From an uncultured Candidatus Entotheonella sp. (lineage in GTDB: Bacteria > Tectomicrobia > Entotheonellia > Entotheonellales > Entotheonellaceae), in NCBI GenBank assembly GCA_965217185.1, contig OZ244252.1, positions 3,104,001-3,168,000 of the forward strand: 64,000 nucleotides of DNA, written 5' to 3'. Of the stretch, positions 59,213-64,000 are shown one piece after another. Positions within the stretch are counted from its first letter, which is position 1. Every line of letters starts with the position of its first letter. Both the position numbers and the translations under genes were made by a program. Below the pieces are notes generated by a model, which made no database searches, had not been told where the DNA came from, and saw only the letters and a list, made by a program, of their open reading frames with translations.

Positions 59213-60301
59213 ATGTCCAGCCCCAATGCCCGAGACCTGATCGGCGCCGTCGAAAATCCGCCGGCGCATACCAGCGCCGCGGAACCGGACGCCGCCACTC
59301 TGCTGTTCGACGCCCAAGAGCCGCCGCCCTTTCCCGAAATGAACATTTTTCCCCTGGAATGGCGAGTCGAAACGCCCATGCTGCAACAGATCTACGACCA
59401 GGCCCGCGCCCCCGGCTGGTCACCCCACACCCTGCCCTGGGACACCTTCAAAGCCGACGATTTCTCCCTGGACGAACGCTACGCCATGGCTTACTGGTTC
59501 ACCCTGCTGTCGGTGTTCGACGGCTCCGGCCCGGCGGTGTTCTCGCGTGCCTTCATCCACACCTGGGAGACGCATGAGGAAGACCCGGTGCGCAAGTGCT
59601 TCTTCTCGATCGTGCGCGACGAGGTGAACCACGAAGAAGTCTGTCAGCGCGCCATCCAGATCCTGACGCCCGACGGACCGCTCGGCTACGACCCCGAAAC
59701 GCCCCTCGGCCGCCTCGCCCGCAACAACGTCAAGTGGTATTACCACAACGGCTGCCGCTATTGGACCGGCTTCAAGAGCGGCATCACGAAGTTCCAGTTG
59801 CCGATCTTGTTCGCGTCGTTCCTGATGGGGGAGGTGGCGGCGGCGACGCTGTTCCACAGCATGTACCAGCGCACCACGATGCCGGCCCTCAAGGAGGCGT
59901 TCAAGATGATCGGCAAGGACGAGGCGCGCCACATGGCGATCTGCCTGGCCGTGCTGCGCAACGTGCTGCCGCAGTTGACCGACGAGCAGCGCGACGTCAT
60001 CACCCGGCAGATTCGCGCCGGGTTCGTCTTTCTGTCGGGAATTCTGTATGTGCCGCCTGAGGACTTCTGGGAGTTGGGTCCGACCTTCCGGCCGGCACAC
60101 CGCATGCTGGAAGAGGCGGCCCGTGGCGCCGGGTTGGGCATCCTGACGGAGGACGAGCGGGCCGAGAACTGGCGCGCAGCGGTGCTTCGGCTGAAGGGCA
60201 TTCTGGAGCCGCATGGGGTGGAATTCCCCGCCTTGCCGGAGGTCGGCATCGACGGCAGGACCGTGGCGATTGACCCGCAGGACATCATCCCGGTGTTTTA
60301 A
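59213..60301 (+). CDS. Ferritin-like diiron protein
   Basis: Paired DEVNH and DEARH (ExxH) motifs. Confidence 0.75.
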   Translation: MSSPNARDLIGAVENPPAHTSAAEPDAATLLFDAQEPPPFPEMNIFPLEWRVETPMLQQIYDQARAPGWSPHTLPWDTFKADDFSLDERYAMAYWFTLLSVFDGSGPAVFSRAFIHTWETHEEDPVRKCFFSIVRDEVNHEEVCQRAIQILTPDGPLGYDPETPLGRLARNNVKWYYHNGCRYWTGFKSGITKFQLPILFASFLMGEVAAATLFHSMYQRTTMPALKEAFKMIGKDEARHMAICLAVLRNVLPQLTDEQRDVITRQIRAGFVFLSGILYVPPEDFWELGPTFRPAHRMLEEAARGAGLGILTEDERAENWRAAVLRLKGILEPHGVEFPALPEVGIDGRTVAIDPQDIIPVF

Positions 60302-60322
60302 TCCTGCCCGGAGGCCTTTGCA

Positions 60323-61039
60323 TTGAAGCTCTTGGTTTTTCAGCACATTGCCTGCGAACACCCCGGCTCGCTGCGACAGTTCCTCAAGCGTGACGGCATT
60401 AAATGGGATGCGGTGGAACTGGACGCCAACGAACCGATCCCGGACCTGTCAGGCTACGACGCGCTGTGGGTCATGGGCGGGCCGATGGACGTCTGGGATG
60501 TGGATGAGCACCCTTGGCTGATACCCGAAAAGGCCGCCATCCGAACCTGGGTGCGCGACCTGCAAAAGCCGTTTCTGGGGCTTTGCCTGGGGCATCAGCT
60601 TCTGGCCGACGCCCTTGGCGGCACCTGCGGGCCACAGGTTCCGTCGGAAATCGGGGTTATGGATGTTGAGTTGACCGAGGCAGGTCTGGCCGACCCGCTG
60701 TTTGCCGGCTTGGCTGCCAGCCAGAAATGCCTGCAATGGCATTCGGTGCGGGTGGCGCAGCCGCCCGAAGGTGCGATTGTGCTGGCGCGGTCGCCAGCGT
60801 GCCCCGTCCAGGCGATGCGCATTGGGCTGAACGCCTGGTCGATGCAGTATCACGTGGAGGTCGAACCCGATACCGTGACCAACTGGGCGGCCGTCCCCGC
60901 CTATCGCGAAGCGCTGGTCAACGTCATGGGGGAAGGCGGGATGGGGACTCTGTCACAAGGTGCTGCGGAGAATGTGGCGGGCTTTCTGGCCAGCGCGGAA
61001 AGGCTCTATGACAACTTCATGCGGCTCGCCAGAGCTTGA
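60323..61039 (+). CDS. Class I glutamine amidotransferase-like protein
   Basis: MGGPM, GLCLGHQ, QYHVE. Confidence 0.88.
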   Translation: MKLLVFQHIACEHPGSLRQFLKRDGIKWDAVELDANEPIPDLSGYDALWVMGGPMDVWDVDEHPWLIPEKAAIRTWVRDLQKPFLGLCLGHQLLADALGGTCGPQVPSEIGVMDVELTEAGLADPLFAGLAASQKCLQWHSVRVAQPPEGAIVLARSPACPVQAMRIGLNAWSMQYHVEVEPDTVTNWAAVPAYREALVNVMGEGGMGTLSQGAAENVAGFLASAERLYDNFMRLARA

Positions 61040-61106
61040 GCGGCTTTGCTCAAAGCCTTGAATGGATTACACGCGGATAAACCACGCCTGCCGAAAGAAT
61101 CGCAAC

Positions 61107-61481
61107 ATGATCGCCGTCATATTCGAAGTACAAGTCGTACCGGCACGCAAGCAGGACTATCTCGACATTGCGGCAGAACTGCGGCCCCTTCTGGAGCAGG
61201 TTGACGGCTTCCTGTCCATCGAACGCTTTCAAAGCCTCACCAACCCGGAAAAACTCTTATCGCTTTCATTCTTTCGAGACGAGGAGGCCGTCCGGAACTG
61301 GCGCAATTTGAGCCAACACCGGAGCGCTCAAAGCAAGGGGCGGGACGGTATTTTTGCCGACTATCGCTTGCGCGTGGCCGGCGTTATTCGCGACTACAAC
61401 ATGTTCGAACGCAGCGAAGCGCCTGGGGACAGCAAGACCATGCACTCGAGCAAAGAACACCTCGATCCGTCCGTTCCTTAA
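61107..61481 (+). CDS. Antibiotic biosynthesis monooxygenase family protein
   Basis: MIAVIFEV...DGFLSIERFQS...HRSAQ. Confidence 0.88.
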   Translation: MIAVIFEVQVVPARKQDYLDIAAELRPLLEQVDGFLSIERFQSLTNPEKLLSLSFFRDEEAVRNWRNLSQHRSAQSKGRDGIFADYRLRVAGVIRDYNMFERSEAPGDSKTMHSSKEHLDPSVP

Positions 61482-61566
61482 GGAATTTCAGTATGGTTGC
61501 GCATCGGAAACCTGAAGTAGCACGTCGATGGAAGCCCGTTTCGCCAACCTGCCGGCCCAGGTGAGA

Positions 61567-62013
61567 CTACAGCGCGTTCAAGCGCTCCAGATTGGCCGCC
61601 CTCAACTCGGCCTCGGTATGGCCGAAGTCGTAGGCCGGCGACAGGATTAATTCAGCCGCCGAGACCTTGATGACCACGAACGCAGACATAGACGGCACGT
61701 AATCCCCCCACGCGTCGTTGAAGGCGTCCTGCAGACGCTGCGATGCATCCGACTTGCCAATGATGGAACCTGTTCCCGTCACCCGGATGGCCTTGCGCGA
61801 GAGCACGTCGGTGAAGCAAATCTCCACCGCCGGGTTGGCGCGCAGATTGGCAAGCGTTCCAGGTGAACGCAGGTTACCGAATGCCAACGTCTCGTCATCG
61901 ACGACGACAAAGGTGGCCTTCGGCGATGCGGAGGGTGTTCCGTCCGCGTTGATAGTGGCCACGGATCCGGCCGAAAAGACCCGGATCAGCGCTTTCATTT
62001 CCTCAGTCAGCAT
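61567..62013 (-). CDS. Pyridoxamine 5'-phosphate oxidase-like FMN-binding protein
   Basis: VATINADGTPSASPK...NLRANPAV. Confidence 0.82.
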   Translation of the reverse strand: MLTEEMKALIRVFSAGSVATINADGTPSASPKATFVVVDDETLAFGNLRSPGTLANLRANPAVEICFTDVLSRKAIRVTGTGSIIGKSDASQRLQDAFNDAWGDYVPSMSAFVVIKVSAAELILSPAYDFGHTEAELRAANLERLNAL

Positions 62014-62022
62014 TGTTCCACA

Positions 62023-63573
62023 TCAATTGTTAATCCACTCCTTCATGAACCGCTCGTAGCACTCGCGCTCACCGGGCATCTTCACCCAGCCGGCGAGTTG
62101 GCGGGCGGTGGCGAGAAGCAGGCGTTCGCGCATGTGGGTCGAGTTGTTGCAATACTCCTCGAAGGTGGAGTGGGTGATCTTCTGATTATGCGGGTCGTCC
62201 TGGAACTTGCAGGCGGTGATGGCCACCGTCGCCATGTAGGATTTGCGGCAGGCGCCGGATCTCAGGTAGGCGTTGGCGATGGCGGTCGTACGCGGCACGT
62301 CGAGCGCCAGAATCGCCTCGTCCAACTCGGTCAGCAACTCGCTGGCGGCGCGGCCCGAGAAGTCGAAGGGGGCGATTTCCTGCTCCATAACCGACGTTGA
62401 AAGCCCGTTACAGCGTGCCGAATCGTTGACGAAATTCGCCATCAGATACAGCACCCGCGACTGATACGGGTTGTCGCTGGTGCGGAACCAGTAATTGACC
62501 ACGTTACAGTAATCGAAGGCGTGCTGCGCGTTGGTGAACTGCCGCGGCACCGTGGTCCGTAGAATCAACTCGGCAGCGCCGACCTGGATGGTGTCGCCGA
62601 GGCTCTTCAGCGACTTGCCGTTGCGCAGGTGGTCGGTGACCAAATCCCAGATGGTCTGGCCGTCGGCCTCCATGAGCAGCCGCACTATCTCCTCGCTCTC
62701 CTCCGGGGTGAGCGGTTCGCTGTTCGTTTGCTTGAGGTTCTTGCCGGCGTTCTCGAAGGCGTCGATGACGGTCACGCAGGCGGCGTCGTAGATCGAGTAA
62801 TAGAGCGGCCCGATGGCCATGTCCGGCACGCCGATGTAGAACACGCCGTGCGCCCGCTCCCAGCCGATGAACTTGGCCAGGTCCGTCGTCGCGCGGGCGC
62901 GCAACGCCTTGTGGCCGGTATTGCGCGCCTTGCGACCGATGATCGTGTCTTGCAGGTCGATAACGCCGAGAAAGAGTTGCTGATCCCGCAGCAGGGGCCG
63001 GGTCTGCTCGTCTGCCGCCAAGCCGAGATACAGGCCGTAGGAGCGCTTCACGTCGCCGCTCATGGTGGCGATCATGTGCTCGTGCAGCCGCTCCTCCACC
63101 GATCCGCTGGTGACGATTGGCTCCTGATGCTCGTTCCACACCACCGGGTCCTTGGCTGTGGGCGGCACCTCCAGCCCCTTCATCATGGCGTAGCGACCGG
63201 AGTACTGCCCGAGCAGCTGGTTCCAGATATCGAGACCCGCCGGGATGTACCAGACGTTCTGCAGCAGCGGCAGCAGGCGATACGCCTCCGGCACGTAGGA
63301 CATGAGGCTCACCGAGGTGCGCAGGCCGAGAATTGTGTGGTCGTTGTTGATCAGCGTGATCTGGCCGTCGCGCACGTTGATGTGGCTGGGCACCTGCACA
63401 AAGGGCGCCTCCGCCGCCGTCACCACACTGAGTGCCTCGCCCACCGAGTGCCCGTGCCGGGCCACCATTTTGAAGAACAGGTCGGCGGTGCGGGATTGAT
63501 CGCGCTCCAGGATGGCGTCGGTAAGCGCCTCAAAGCTGGGATCCTGGCAAATCTCGTCTCGGGTCACTAGCAT
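62023..63573 (-). CDS. Hypothetical alpha-helical protein (516 aa)
   Basis: GGAGG RBS before ATG 63573; long ORF with typical codon usage. Confidence 0.75.
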   Translation of the reverse strand: MLVTRDEICQDPSFEALTDAILERDQSRTADLFFKMVARHGHSVGEALSVVTAAEAPFVQVPSHINVRDGQITLINNDHTILGLRTSVSLMSYVPEAYRLLPLLQNVWYIPAGLDIWNQLLGQYSGRYAMMKGLEVPPTAKDPVVWNEHQEPIVTSGSVEERLHEHMIATMSGDVKRSYGLYLGLAADEQTRPLLRDQQLFLGVIDLQDTIIGRKARNTGHKALRARATTDLAKFIGWERAHGVFYIGVPDMAIGPLYYSIYDAACVTVIDAFENAGKNLKQTNSEPLTPEESEEIVRLLMEADGQTIWDLVTDHLRNGKSLKSLGDTIQVGAAELILRTTVPRQFTNAQHAFDYCNVVNYWFRTSDNPYQSRVLYLMANFVNDSARCNGLSTSVMEQEIAPFDFSGRAASELLTELDEAILALDVPRTTAIANAYLRSGACRKSYMATVAITACKFQDDPHNQKITHSTFEEYCNNSTHMRERLLLATARQLAGWVKMPGERECYERFMKEWINN

Positions 63574-63618
63574 CTTTTCCCTCCAATTGATGCGGACTGG
63601 ATGGTGCCCGCAAGCGCT

Positions 63619-63648
63619 GTAGGTCGAATCAACGCAGCGTAATCCGAC
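63619..63648 (+). repeat. GTAG-type REP palindrome (degenerate)
   Basis: GTAGGTCGAATCAACGCAGCGTAATCCGAC. Confidence 0.65.
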
Positions 63649-63653
63649 GTTCC

Positions 63654-64000
63654 CTAACTGAGCCGGTCCGGCAACCCGAGCTCGCCGTTGATGCCGCGGA
63701 ACCAGTCGATGACTTCCGGATGATAGGGAATGCCATTCTCCAGGCGCTCGGCTTCCTCCTCGTGCTCCAGCAAGCCGGCATAGACCACCCGGTCGTGGCC
63801 CGGCGCCGTCGGCGAATCCAGCAGGCCACGCAGATACTCGTCCATATCCTGCTTGAAGACGGCCACGTCGCCGAAGGCGCTGATCTTGTAGGCCAGAAAG
63901 TGGTGGCACGGATCCTGGCGCCGGAACGGCCCGGCGCCGCTGTTGCCGAGCACGCTGCTGAGAATTTCGAGCATCATGGCGAGCGAATAGCCCTTGTGGG
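63654..64000 (-). CDS. Ldh_2-family (malate/L-lactate dehydrogenase-like) oxidoreductase, C-terminal part
   Basis: HKGYSLAMMLEILS...RVVYAG..E. Confidence 0.8.
   Translation of the reverse strand, partial: HKGYSLAMMLEILSSVLGNSGAGPFRRQDPCHHFLAYKISAFGDVAVFKQDMDEYLRGLLDSPTAPGHDRVVYAGLLEHEEEAERLENGIPYHPEVIDWFRGINGELGLPDRLS

Noticed and set aside
1..64000. CRISPR array, tRNA or rRNA genes
   Set aside because: No regularly spaced repeats, cloverleaf or rRNA-like sequence was recognised by eye; tRNAscan/Infernal would be needed to exclude them fully.

Overview
GC-rich bacterial window in two halves. Bases 1-31.5 kb are accessory DNA. They hold four directly repeated XerC/XerD dif-like sites (1117, 1536, 2857+5768, 12499) that bracket cargo modules: a Sel1 protein, a small hydrophobic peptide, a zeta/AAA pair, abiV and TA systems. 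One of these sites is split by an ORF-less group II intron whose EBS1 loop (CGGATAA) reads the XerC arm. That intron carries a second, RT-encoding intron (a twintron). The half also has paired DDE and IS701 insertion sequences, one of two IS5-like copies (the other is at 54.2 kb), a serine resolvase gene split into two halves, three more TA pairs, and a decayed ICE with a compact tra operon, excisionase and tyrosine integrase. Bases 31.6-64 kb are mostly housekeeping: hisN, aapJQMP, MFS, a PfkB kinase, an Spt + ceramide-synthase-like pair, glcDEF, proS, an archaeal-type glyA, a divergent guaA, trpE/trpG with an unannotated Trp-rich leader peptide, a diiron/hydrolase cluster and GTAG-type REP repeats. 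Product calls come from recognising motifs by eye; no database search was run.
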